Of a stretch of DNA of 64,000 nt, positions 1-8,569 are shown piece by piece. The notes beneath the pieces are model-generated. The model ran no database searches. It was not told the origin of the DNA and saw nothing but the letters and a program-made list of their open reading frames with translations. Source of the DNA: Acidobacteriota bacterium (lineage in GTDB: Bacteria > Acidobacteriota > UBA6911 > RPQK01 > JAJDTT01). Location of the stretch: positions 160,001 through 224,000 of the forward strand of contig CBDCJH010000002.1 of assembly GCA_965217775.1 (NCBI GenBank), written 5' to 3'. The number at the start of each line of letters is the position of its first letter. Position 1 is the first letter of the stretch. The position numbers and the translations under genes were made by a program.

Positions 1-536
1 ACGTCCGGTGAGCCGGGGACGGGCGGCATCCAGGTGTGCAGTTTGATGGCCTTGAAGCCGTCCCGCACCAACTCCTCCGAGAATTGCGCGTACTCCTGCG
101 GCGTGCTGAGACCCTCCGGGATGTCGTCGCCGGGATTGATGCTGGCGTAGGCCGGTATCCGGGTTCGCGCAGCGCCGATCATCTTGTACACGGGGATCTG
201 CAGACAACGTCCGGCCAAGTCCCAGAGGGCGCAGTCCACGTGGGAGATCACCATGTCGGGCAGCGAGTTGGTGAGTTTCTGCATGCGCCGCATCCGTTGC
301 CAGATCTGCTCCCGGAAGAAGGGGTCCTGACCCAGAAGGGCCGGCTTGATCCAGGAATCCACGATCTCCTGGGAAGGTCCGGCAAAAAAATAGCCCTCGG
401 CTCCCTCGTCGGTCCGGATCGTCAGCAGGTTGTTGATGGCCCAGTGCTCGGGTCCGGGATGAGGGTGGCCCTCGTAGTCTCTGTGCCACTGGGTCCGGTA
501 GCGGAAGGTGTCCACCCTGATGTCTGAGATCTTCAT
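1..536 (-). CDS. Mandelate racemase/muconate-lactonizing (enolase superfamily) protein, N-terminal part; runs off the window start
   Basis: Hand translation from ATG 536 (AGGAG upstream): MKISDIRVDTFRY...LLTIRTDEGAEG...ISHVDCALWDLAGRCLQIPVYKMIG...GFKAIKLH, with the typical D-x-ALWDL and KxK motifs. Confidence 0.85.
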   Translation of the reverse strand, partial: MKISDIRVDTFRYRTQWHRDYEGHPHPGPEHWAINNLLTIRTDEGAEGYFFAGPSQEIVDSWIKPALLGQDPFFREQIWQRMRRMQKLTNSLPDMVISHVDCALWDLAGRCLQIPVYKMIGAARTRIPAYASINPGDDIPEGLSTPQEYAQFSEELVRDGFKAIKLHTWMPPVPGSPD

Positions 537-609
537 TTCTCAACTCCTGGTTGGGGCGCCGGTCCGGGATGAGCCGGCAATTCTCTCTAGTGGTGCTTAA
601 ACGAAATAG

Positions 610-2052
610 TCAGGGGCGAAATCGAAACGCATAGATGCTCGCGTCCCGCAGGCGCACCCGCAACCGGACGGGTTTGCCGGAAAGGCCTGCGAGGTCGGGG
701 TTGGACTTCCATTGCACCACGCCGTCGATCCGGTCGCCGACCATGGGGGCGCAATCCTCCAACTGGAATCCCTCCAGCTTCCCCCCTTCAGCATCCTGGA
801 TTTCGACCTGTATGGAGCCTCCGCCGCTGGTCTTGTAGTTCAGCTCCAGTTCCTTTCCCTGGAAGAGAAGCGGCCGGATGGTGAATTCTCCCCAGCCTTC
901 GTAGGGGCCGTCCACCGAAACGAAGCCCTCGGCGCGAAGTGTGCAGCGCCGAATCCGGCTTTCCCGTTCCCGGAAGAGATCCGAGTAATAGAGCGAGAGC
1001 TCTCCGGGCCCGGTCTGGATCACGCCCTGTCCCACGATGGGATTGCGGTCCAGCCAGTTGCGCTCGTCCGGTCCCGGGGTGAGGAAGGGCTCCCGGTAAT
1101 TCCTCTCCCATTGGAGGCCGTCCCGGCTGTACGCGAACCGCACGTCGGAGAGGCCAGGATAGGGCGCCCCCGGGTAGGAACGGTCGGTGTACAGGATCAT
1201 GGGAAACATGAAGAATGCGGAAGCGGCCCGGGAATACTTGACGGCGGCGTTGGTGTAGAGGTGGAAGTCGGGAGGGTCCTGCTCGTCGGCGGTGAAGACC
1301 AGCTTCGGTTCGGTCCAGTGGAGAAAGTCGGAGGACTCGGACCGCCGGATGGCCCGGCGGCCGCCTTTGAACGGCCCGGGCACCGACGGATCGACCCCCC
1401 TGAGGTAGATGACGTACCGCTCCCGCTCGTCGTCCCAGAGCAGGATGTTGTGGCTGTCGAAGGGACCGTTGGACAACAGGGGGTTGGTCGCCACCGGAGT
1501 CCATCGGATCCCGTCGGGTGAGGCGAACCCGGAGATGCCGTCGACCCGGGAGATCATCTTGTAGCGGGTCCCACTGCCCGCTTCCCGATTCGGGTCCAGC
1601 AGGACGCTGATGTTGGTGAAGTCCTCCGGCGGCCCCAGGATATTGTTGTCCGTGGAACCCTCGAATTCATATCGCCCCAGACTCGGTTTCTCCCAGACGA
1701 TCCCGTCCCGGCTCTCAGCGTAACAGGTCAGCACCGTGTCCTCGGGTAAGTCCTCGCGAGGGTCCCCCAGGGCGACCCGGTACCACATGCGAAACGTCCC
1801 GCCGTCATCCACCACCGTGGTGTAGTGGAGGCTCTTTCCCTCCCAGGGACGATCGCACCGAATCACGGTCTCTCCGGGCGTGGGCCGGTGCAGGGTCAAT
1901 ACCACGTTGTCGCTGTGGTCGAACCAGGAGGCGTCCAGCAGCAACTGCCGCCTGCTCCCCACGTCGAGCGGCTCGCGGACTTCCGGAGGCGAGGTGCAGG
2001 CAGAAGGCGCCAGCAGACCGCACAGGAGCAGCAATTTCCAAACGTCTCGCAT
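610..2052 (-). CDS. Secreted or lipoprotein five-bladed beta-propeller glycoside-hydrolase-like protein (GH32/GH43-like)
   Basis: Signal/lipobox-like MRDVWKLLLLCGLLAPSAC; repeated S-x-DG-x-x-W boxes (SRDGIVW, SPDGIRW, SRDGLQW); start taken at ATG 2052. Confidence 0.7.
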   Translation of the reverse strand: MRDVWKLLLLCGLLAPSACTSPPEVREPLDVGSRRQLLLDASWFDHSDNVVLTLHRPTPGETVIRCDRPWEGKSLHYTTVVDDGGTFRMWYRVALGDPREDLPEDTVLTCYAESRDGIVWEKPSLGRYEFEGSTDNNILGPPEDFTNISVLLDPNREAGSGTRYKMISRVDGISGFASPDGIRWTPVATNPLLSNGPFDSHNILLWDDERERYVIYLRGVDPSVPGPFKGGRRAIRRSESSDFLHWTEPKLVFTADEQDPPDFHLYTNAAVKYSRAASAFFMFPMILYTDRSYPGAPYPGLSDVRFAYSRDGLQWERNYREPFLTPGPDERNWLDRNPIVGQGVIQTGPGELSLYYSDLFRERESRIRRCTLRAEGFVSVDGPYEGWGEFTIRPLLFQGKELELNYKTSGGGSIQVEIQDAEGGKLEGFQLEDCAPMVGDRIDGVVQWKSNPDLAGLSGKPVRLRVRLRDASIYAFRFRP

Positions 2053-2180
2053 GCTGTCAACCCTCCACGCCGGAGCGCCAAGTCTACTACGTCCGGGCGC
2101 AGAAAATGCAGGGCAATGGTCCATCCGCAAGACTACGGGGCTTGCGGATAGCCAAGTCGGATGCGGACAATGAACCGGAC

Positions 2181-3386
2181 ATGGAAGAGACTGTTCCAGA
2201 CCGCGGCGAAAGCGTCGGCTTGATGGAGCCGCTGCTCGTCAGCGACACGGCCAGGCACCGTTCCGGCCTGGGCGACCTCGCCGTCGATCTGGCTGCAAAA
2301 GCGGCCGGGCTGCGGCACAGTCTGCCAAGGGGAGTCGTCAGTTCGCTGGCCGATCTGGTGCGGGCAGTGAATTGCCATTACAGCAACTTGATCGAAGGTC
2401 ACGACACCCCTCCGGTCGACATCGAGCGTGCCCTCAACGATGACTACAGCACGGACCCGAAAAGGCACAATCTGCAACTTGAGGCCAAGGCGCACATTGC
2501 CGTGCAGACCTGGATCGATGAGGGCGGAGTCGACGGTCATGCCGTGACGGCAGAGGCCTTGCGCCAGATTCACAGACGGTTCTGCGACCTCGTTCCGGAT
2601 GATCTGCTTGGGCTGACCGAACCGCAATCCGGAGACCGGACCCGGTGCATTTCGGGGGAGTTCCGCACGCGGGACGTGCAAGTTGGCCGACATGTTCCAA
2701 TCAGCCCGGGCGCGATTCCGCGCTTCCTGGCCCGATTCGAGAGCGCCTACGCCAACCTGGGCAGGACCGACGCCATTCTGGCGGCCGCAACGGCCCATCA
2801 CCGCGTGCTCTGGATTCACCCGTTTCTTGATGGCAACGGCAGAGTCGCGCGGTTGATGTCCCATGCCGTGTTGCGTGAAACGCTGGATACCGGAGGCGTC
2901 TGGTCCGTGGCACGAGGCCTGGCCCGGAGTGAGGGCGCTTACAAGGCACATCTTTCCGCCTGCGACCAGTCCCGCCGCAACGACCTGGATGGACGAGGCC
3001 ATTTGAGTGAGGAGGCGCTGGCGGAATTCACGTCATTCTTCCTGACCACTTGCATCGATCAGGTCGAATTCATGGAGAGACTCATCCAACCGAACCGGCT
3101 GCGGGACCGTATCCTGGTCTGGGCTGAAGAAGGGGTCCGTGGGGAACGGCTGCCCCGGCACGCAGGCGCCGTGCTCGAGGCGGTCCTCATTCGGGGTGAA
3201 CTTCCCCGGGGCCAGGTGGGAAGGATCCTGGGCGTCGGCCGCCGCCAGGCCCGGCGGATCACCTCAGCCTTGCTCGACCGCGGCGTCTTGACCTCTGCAA
3301 ACACCCGCGCTCCATTCAGACTCGCTTTTCCGGCCACCCTCGCCCACCGCTGGATGCCGGGGCTGTTTCCGGAGAGGATGCTGTAA
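2181..3386 (+). CDS. Fic-domain protein with a C-terminal HTH-like region
   Basis: Canonical Fic motif HPFLDGNGRVAR; N-terminal SNLIEG motif. Confidence 0.9.
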   Translation: MEETVPDRGESVGLMEPLLVSDTARHRSGLGDLAVDLAAKAAGLRHSLPRGVVSSLADLVRAVNCHYSNLIEGHDTPPVDIERALNDDYSTDPKRHNLQLEAKAHIAVQTWIDEGGVDGHAVTAEALRQIHRRFCDLVPDDLLGLTEPQSGDRTRCISGEFRTRDVQVGRHVPISPGAIPRFLARFESAYANLGRTDAILAAATAHHRVLWIHPFLDGNGRVARLMSHAVLRETLDTGGVWSVARGLARSEGAYKAHLSACDQSRRNDLDGRGHLSEEALAEFTSFFLTTCIDQVEFMERLIQPNRLRDRILVWAEEGVRGERLPRHAGAVLEAVLIRGELPRGQVGRILGVGRRQARRITSALLDRGVLTSANTRAPFRLAFPATLAHRWMPGLFPERML

Positions 3387-3511
3387 CGGCGCTGTCGCTG
3401 AGGGCAATCCAACCCCGGGGTGAACTCGCGAGACGCTCGGTCCCGTTCCTGACTGCCAAGCCCGCTCCGATCGAGTTCGGGGTCTTTGGCGAAGGATTCG
3501 ATACCGGAGTG

Positions 3512-3718
3512 TCACGATTTCTCCATCGGTGTGTCCCAAAGTAGTCGAATCGGCACGACATAGAGCCGTTCACCAAACCGGGTGCACATCTCTCCGTCGT
3601 AGACGACCACACCTCCGGTGAAACGACTGCCCATTACCGCTTTCAGCTTGCGGAGGCCTCGGAAGTCTGCTCGGGTGACGGTTGCACCGGCCTTGATTTC
3701 CACTCCCGCACGCGCACG
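3512..3718 (-). pseudogene. 3' remnant of an AAA+/DUF4143-type ATP-binding protein gene
   Basis: GVEIKAGATVTRADFRGLRKL...GVVVYDG...LYVVPIRLLW matches the C-terminus of this family; homology ends at the repeat at 3721. Confidence 0.7.
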
Positions 3719-3720
3719 CA

Positions 3721-3747
3721 AGAAGGGGACAGTCTATTTCTACCCGG
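3721..3747. repeat. Direct repeat R1 of the cassette-like array
   Basis: AGAAGGGGACAGTCTATTTCTACCCGG. Confidence 0.9.
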
Positions 3748-3784
3748 ACATTCCTACCGCGCAGACTCCAGGTAAGTGCCGTGG

Positions 3785-4117
3785 TCACGCCTCGTCTGTA
3801 TGGACGCCTGTGTCAATTGGTCTCATGACATGCGTCCCTGGGGCGATCGGCAATTCACGTACGACCGCCCCGATACGCCGGGCAGTGACAGCGAGATCGA
3901 ATTGGGTCTGGAGGTTTAGCCAGAATTGGGGATCGACTCCAAACCAGTGACCAAAACGTAGGGCCGTGTCACCGGTCACGGAACGCTTGCCAGAGATGAT
4001 CTGACTAATTCGGTTGGGCGGCACCTTGATTTGGCGAGCGAATGACGTAGGCGTCACACCAAATTCGGCGAGTTCGTCTTTCAGAATCTCACCGGGATGA
4101 ACGACACGCTTCAACAT
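3785..4117 (-). CDS. higA: HigA-family antitoxin (HTH)
   Basis: HPGEILKDEL...RISQIISGKRSVTGDTALRF...FWLNLQ, directly downstream of a HigB-like toxin. Confidence 0.9.
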   Translation of the reverse strand: MLKRVVHPGEILKDELAEFGVTPTSFARQIKVPPNRISQIISGKRSVTGDTALRFGHWFGVDPQFWLNLQTQFDLAVTARRIGAVVRELPIAPGTHVMRPIDTGVHTDEA

Positions 4118-4137
4118 GTCTCACTTCCTCCTAGCTG

Positions 4138-4422
4138 CTAGTGATAGTCCACTATCTCGACATCGGTTGGACCCGGCACCCCGTCCGGCCACGTGAAGCA
4201 GATGCGCCATTTCCGATTAATCCTAATGGAATATTGACTGTCTCTCGTGCCTTTGAGGGCCTTGAGGCGATTGCTCCGCAAAGCTCTCAAGGTGTCCAGC
4301 GACGGTGCTGCGTTCAAGATTGAGAGTCGTTTCGCTGCCTGTTTTTCAAACCCATGAAAAGCCGCGACAAAAGCTCCACGGGCGAACTGCTCGGTTCTCC
4401 GATCCTGGTATCCGAGAATCAC
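4138..4422 (-). CDS. higB: HigB-like (RelE/ParE superfamily) toxin
   Basis: GTG start at 4422; LKALKGTRDSQYSIRINRKWRICFTW...VEIVDYH. Confidence 0.88.
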   Translation of the reverse strand: MILGYQDRRTEQFARGAFVAAFHGFEKQAAKRLSILNAAPSLDTLRALRSNRLKALKGTRDSQYSIRINRKWRICFTWPDGVPGPTDVEIVDYH

Positions 4423-4444
4423 AGCGGGTCCAGGGTATCCATTG

Positions 4445-4461
4445 TTGACGATGGACGTCAA
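4445..4461 (-). promoter_or_regulatory. Palindromic operator/-35 region of higBA
   Basis: TTGACG-N5-CGTCAA perfect inverted repeat just upstream of higB. Confidence 0.55.
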
Positions 4462-4493
4462 GCGTCAATGGACTAGTCGAAAGACGAGAGACA

Positions 4494-4519
4494 AGAAGGG
4501 GATAGTCTATTTCTCCCGG
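4494..4519. repeat. Direct repeat R2
   Basis: AGAAGGGGATAGTCTATTTCTCCCGG. Confidence 0.9.
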
Positions 4520-4671
4520 TCGGTCATCCGAGGTGGACGCAGCATTGGCAAAATTTAGACTGCCGTCGCCGCTGGGGCAATGGTGGTGAAGGGAAAAGCC
4601 TGAATGACCCGGTCTAACGTGCCGGGCTTCGGATGGGAGGTGAGCGAATAAAAGATGGACGCCGCCACGCG
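4520..4671 (-). pseudogene. Internal fragment paralogous to the DUF6338-like gene at 8282-8569
   Basis: Minus strand reads VAASIFYSLTSHPKPGTLDRVIQAFPFTTIAPAATAV*, versus LAASIFYSLTSHPKPGTLDQVIQALIFTAIGQAATAA at ~8400-8515. Confidence 0.85.
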
Positions 4672-4697
4672 AGAAAGGGACAGTCTACTTCTCCCGG
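4672..4697. repeat. Direct repeat R3
   Basis: AGAAAGGGACAGTCTACTTCTCCCGG. Confidence 0.9.
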
Positions 4698-4749
4698 TCT
4701 ACGAGGCGAAGCGGGTTCCAGGTCGTCTCGCGGGGCGCGAGAGGTGGCA

Positions 4750-5136
4750 TTACCAGATGCGGTTGACGCCGTACCGGTCGAAAAGCGTCTCGATCGACAC
4801 GAGAGGCAGGTCCAAGGTCAAGGCTTGCGCGATCAACATGCGGTCGAAGGGATCGCGATGCGGACCCGGCAGCCGCCCGGCGCGTTGTCCGTCATGGACG
4901 GTGATCGGCAGCTCTTGGAACCCTTGGCTCGCGATGCAGCCGGCCATGTCGAGCGCCGCGGCTTCGGCTCCCGGGAGTTTTCCGAGGCGATACTTCGTAG
5001 CGATCTCCCAGGCGGACGCGGCGCTGATGAGGATATCGTTCCCGGGTTCGGCGATGGTGCCGTGGGCAGCCGCGGACAAACGTTCGCTGCCGCCCAACCA
5101 CCATAGGAAGACATGGGTGTCGAGCAGAATGCGCAC
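4750..5136 (-). CDS. vapC: VapC-family PIN-domain toxin
   Basis: ILLDTHVFLW...SAASAWEIATK...HRDPFDRMLIAQA. Confidence 0.92.
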   Translation of the reverse strand: MRILLDTHVFLWWLGGSERLSAAAHGTIAEPGNDILISAASAWEIATKYRLGKLPGAEAAALDMAGCIASQGFQELPITVHDGQRAGRLPGPHRDPFDRMLIAQALTLDLPLVSIETLFDRYGVNRIW

Positions 5137-5141
5137 CTGGA

Positions 5142-5375
5142 TTACGACTCCCAGGCCGCCAGTTCGGCCTCCGGTAGCGGCTCGAAGAACCTGTCGTCGA
5201 CCACAACTCGGCCCTTCATGGCGCCGAACCGCCGGACACCTCGACTGTTCCCATAACGGACCAACCTCGCAATCGGTGTACCGTTGCGAGCAATCACGAC
5301 CTCTTCACCGGCCTCAACTCGCGCCAGCAGCCGGGAGAGATGGGTCTTGGCCTCATGTACGTTGACGACTGACAT
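5142..5375 (-). CDS. Phd/YefM-family antitoxin
   Basis: VNVHEAKTHLSRLLARVEAGEEVVIARNGTPIARL; AGGAG RBS upstream. Confidence 0.92.
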   Translation of the reverse strand: MSVVNVHEAKTHLSRLLARVEAGEEVVIARNGTPIARLVRYGNSRGVRRFGAMKGRVVVDDRFFEPLPEAELAAWES

Positions 5376-5410
5376 GGTCGGACTCCTTTGACAACAGCCT
5401 CAGCTTTGGT

Positions 5411-5448
5411 TTAGCTAATTGTATGACTAAGCAGTCGGCTCGCGTCAA
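5411..5448 (-). promoter_or_regulatory. Probable promoter/operator of the phd-vapC module
   Basis: Minus strand TTGACG (5448-5443) and TACAAT (5423-5418), with a long 19-bp spacer; palindrome TTAGCTAA at 5411-5418. Confidence 0.45.
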
Positions 5449-5501
5449 GCTCTTGGAGCGATTTCCCCGCCCCTTCCGGCAGCTTCCCTGGCAGAAGGGC
5501 G

Positions 5502-5525
5502 AGAAAGGGACAGTCTACTTCTCCC
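5502..5525. repeat. Direct repeat R4 (3' end truncated)
   Basis: AGAAAGGGACAGTCTACTTCTCCC. Confidence 0.9.
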
Positions 5526-5846
5526 ATGCTTGAAGGTCGGCGATCTCAATGTCCGCAAGCGGCTGCTGATCCATGTATGCGGTTTCAACCTGGGGTTGCT
5601 GATGCGCCACCTGACGGGGGTCGGCACGCCCCGGAGTCCCCAGGGCCGCGTCTGGGCGCGTCCTTTTACGGTTTTTTGGACCCCAAGGGGCCGTTGGATC
5701 GGCTGGAATCGCCTACTGGGGCGCTTCTGGGCGTCGACCCGGCACGATTCGCTGTTTTGGGCTCCCGGAGTCCATCACTAGGCCATCTCAACGTCAGCGT
5801 TCGAAAAGAATATTAACCCGCGAAATCAGGATATTTCCACGGGCTG
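5526..5846 (+). mobile_element. Remnant right end of an IS1182/IS5-like element
   Basis: Transposase C-terminal peptide NVRKRLLIHVCGFNLGLLMRHLTGVGTPR; terminal TTTCCACGGGCTG (5834-5846) followed by GTAG. Confidence 0.65.
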
Positions 5847-6283
5847 GTAGCCAGTCCAGTAGTTCCAAAATCGGGTAGTGTACCAGTTTGGGGCAGTCAG
5901 TCCATAAGTCCAACGGCCCCGTTCCGCATCCTCCATCCGCTAGTCTCCTGCCTGTTACTCCCAAATAAATGTCGTCACACTTATTCTAGACGACGATCGA
6001 CAGATCGGCTATGCGCCTAGCAGACTTCCCATTCATGATAACAACCTCCGTCTTTTTCACGAACCCAAACGGAGGAGTTTTCAGACACATCCTGAGCTGC
6101 ATGGTGTGCCGCTTCTATGTGTGGTCCTCTGCGTTCTCAAACTCTTCTGGCTAAATGTCATGTCCACCAAATCATGAGCGCAACAACTTTGTGTTGATCG
6201 GTGTTCTTGGACCAGATGACGGTGATGGTCAACTCCAAAGCCACGGAAAGCGCTACGGATGGGCCGTTGTTGCGAGGGGGTAA

Positions 6284-8281
6284 CCCAGATTATTCATCAT
6301 GCAAACATAAAATGGGAAAGCGTTCCCGCCATGTCGAGTCGGATCAGAGGGTTACGGGATACCCACAGAAAAAGGTCGAGAGCCGCCGTGGGTGAAACGC
6401 TATCGTGGTTTTCGACTCCGCCTTAATCTTTGGGTTCAGAGGGGTCCGAAACCCTCGCATTTCCAAGGTTTTCTCCCCTTCCATGGGCGGCAAAAAGAGG
6501 CGGCGTGCCCGTCATTTGTGGTATAGTTATGGTGTTACAAAAACAACCACAATAAACGGAGCACGCCACGCCTGAGACGATACCGCAGATCCGGCCCTCA
6601 TTCAACCGATCCCTCCGCCTCGAGACCCGCCCCGAGTTGCTCAGTGCGGACACGGGCGCTCTGGTGCAACGGGAGCTGATGGATCGTAGCGGCCTCATCG
6701 ACTGGTTGACCGAGCGGTTGCACGATCCGCGACACCCGAGTTCGATCCGCTATCCGCTGTCGGATCTGCTGCGGACTCGACTCCTGCTGTTGGGGCAGGG
6801 CTGGCGCGACCAGTCTGACGCCGACCGCCTGCGTCAGGATCCGAGCTTGCGGGTGGCGAGCCAGACCCGTCGGGGCACGGCGGCCTTGGAGGAGGGCACC
6901 GGGCTGGCCTCACAGCCGACCTTGTCCCGACTACTGGACACGCTCAGCCGGAAGGAGAACCTTCCGGTCCTGCACCAGGCGGTGACGGAGTTGGCGTGCC
7001 GTCGGATCGAGATGATCGAAGGCCGGCGGCGAAGACGGGGGAAAAAGACCCCACGGAAGAAGAGACGGAAAAAGACGATGTACCTGGACGTGGACGGTCT
7101 CCCGGTCGAGGTCCATGGGCATCCCCCGGGAAGCGAATGGAACGGATACTATCGCCAGCGGATGTACCACGGGTTGGTGGCGAGTTGTGCCGAGACGGGG
7201 GACCTGATCGACGGGGAGATTTTTCCGGGAGCCAGCTACCTGGGGAAGAAGGCGCTGAAATTGACGCTCCGGGTGGTGGACCGCTGTCGGGGGCGTCTGT
7301 GCGGCTCGATGATCGTGCGGATGGAATGCGGGGTTCCCGGAGCCGGGGCTGCTGAAGGGGCTGGAGTCGAGAAGCGTGCCCTATATCGCTCGAATCCGCA
7401 AGAATGAGGTCCTGAACCGGATGGCGAAGCTCTACTTGACCCAACCGGCGGGGCGGTCCCCGAAAGCACCACCGAGGCTCTGGTTCCATGAGTTGACCTA
7501 CCAGGCGGGGACGTGGGATCGGGCGCGCCGGGTGGTGCTGGTGGTGCGGGAGCGACCGGGGGAGTTGTATCTGGATCATTTCTGGTTGCTGACGAGCCTG
7601 AGTCGGAAACGATACGAGGCTCAGGAGTTGCTGGCACAGTATCGAAAGCGGGGGAAGGCGGAAGGCCACATGGGGGAGTTGATGGACGTGCTCGATCCGG
7701 CCTTGTCCTCCGCGAGCCGGCCCAAGACGCACTATCGGGGCAAACCACTGAAGCCGGGAGCCAAGCCGGAAGCGAGGACCGAGGCCGGGGTTCGCCCCCA
7801 CAACGAAGTCTTGTTCCTGCTGAATCTGCTGGGGTACGAGATCCTGCACCTGGGTCGGGTGCTGATGGAGCAGGCGACGCGTCGGGGCTGGAGTCTGCGT
7901 CGTTTTCGTGAGCGGGTGTTGCGAGTGGCGTCTCGGGCGCTGCGCCAGGGGAGGCGATTGATTTTCGTCATCAGTCAAGGGGCGACAGACTGGAAGCGGT
8001 TGTGGAAGAGCCTGGCGCGGGTGTCCTGGGCGCCGGCATAGTGGACGGCGGAGGCATCGGGCCCGTGGAAGAGACCGAAACGGTGGGAATTTCTCACCGG
8101 AAAGTCAACCTGTCGGCGGATGACGGTCCCTCTGGCCGGTAAACGGTTTATGACTGGTTCAATCGTCCTGTTTTTGAGCCGATTCAGTCGAATCGACAGA
8201 GCTTCAAGAGAAACTGGGCTGCGACCGCACGAAAACGCCGGGTCGGAAGCCCTTATCAACATGTTCCATGAATAATCTGGG
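6284..8281 (+). mobile_element. IS1380-family insertion sequence (defective)
   Basis: Perfect 14-bp terminal inverted repeats CCCAGATTATTCAT (6284-6297) and ATGAATAATCTGGG (8268-8281) around a DDE transposase; no target-site duplication visible. Confidence 0.88.
6568..8041 (+). pseudogene. IS1380-family transposase, frameshifted
   Basis: LSADTG, LASQPTLSRL, LDVDG, NGYY, YRKRGKAE motifs; an extra A near 7325 (ATGGAATGCGGG in place of ATGGATGCGGG, MDAG) splits it into ORFs 6637-7407 and 7376-8041; the likely start codon after GGAG reads ACG. Confidence 0.85.
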
Positions 8282-8569
8282 CGAAATCGCTGCCGCTGCC
8301 AACCCAACGACGATCGCGACGAAGACAGACAAGACCAATTGCAATTCATAGTATTTTGTCCACTGAGGATGCTCCCATATCAGGTTGAATATTAAGAGGA
8401 GCGCCGCCGTAGCCGCCTGTCCAATAGCGGTGAAGATTAGAGCCTGAATGACCTGGTCGAGCGTGCCGGGCTTGGGATGTGAGGTGAGCGAATAAAAGAT
8501 GGATGCCGCCAGAATACCCGGCAGAAGAAATACGAGTACGCCAATCACCTCACTGGATGTCCAACTCAT
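8282..8569 (-). pseudogene. DUF6338-like membrane protein, 5' part truncated by IS1380
   Basis: MSWTSSEVIGVLVFLLPGILAASIFYSLT...; the frame runs into the IS end at 8281. Confidence 0.6.

Noticed and set aside
2081-2096. AGTCTACTACGTCCGG as a fifth array repeat
   Set aside because: It lacks the AGAARGGGA half; AGTCTACTAC also occurs at 59056 before another minus-strand gene, so a -10 box is the simpler explanation.
3721-5525. CRISPR array, attC array or dif/pdif sites as the explanation for repeats R1-R4
   Set aside because: Spacers are 152-804 bp and contain genes; there are no cas or intI genes, no attC core sites, and no resemblance to XerC/XerD arms.
5850-6283. Possible gene in the AT-richer stretch
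   Set aside because: Only short or stop-interrupted frames, with no motif I recognise.
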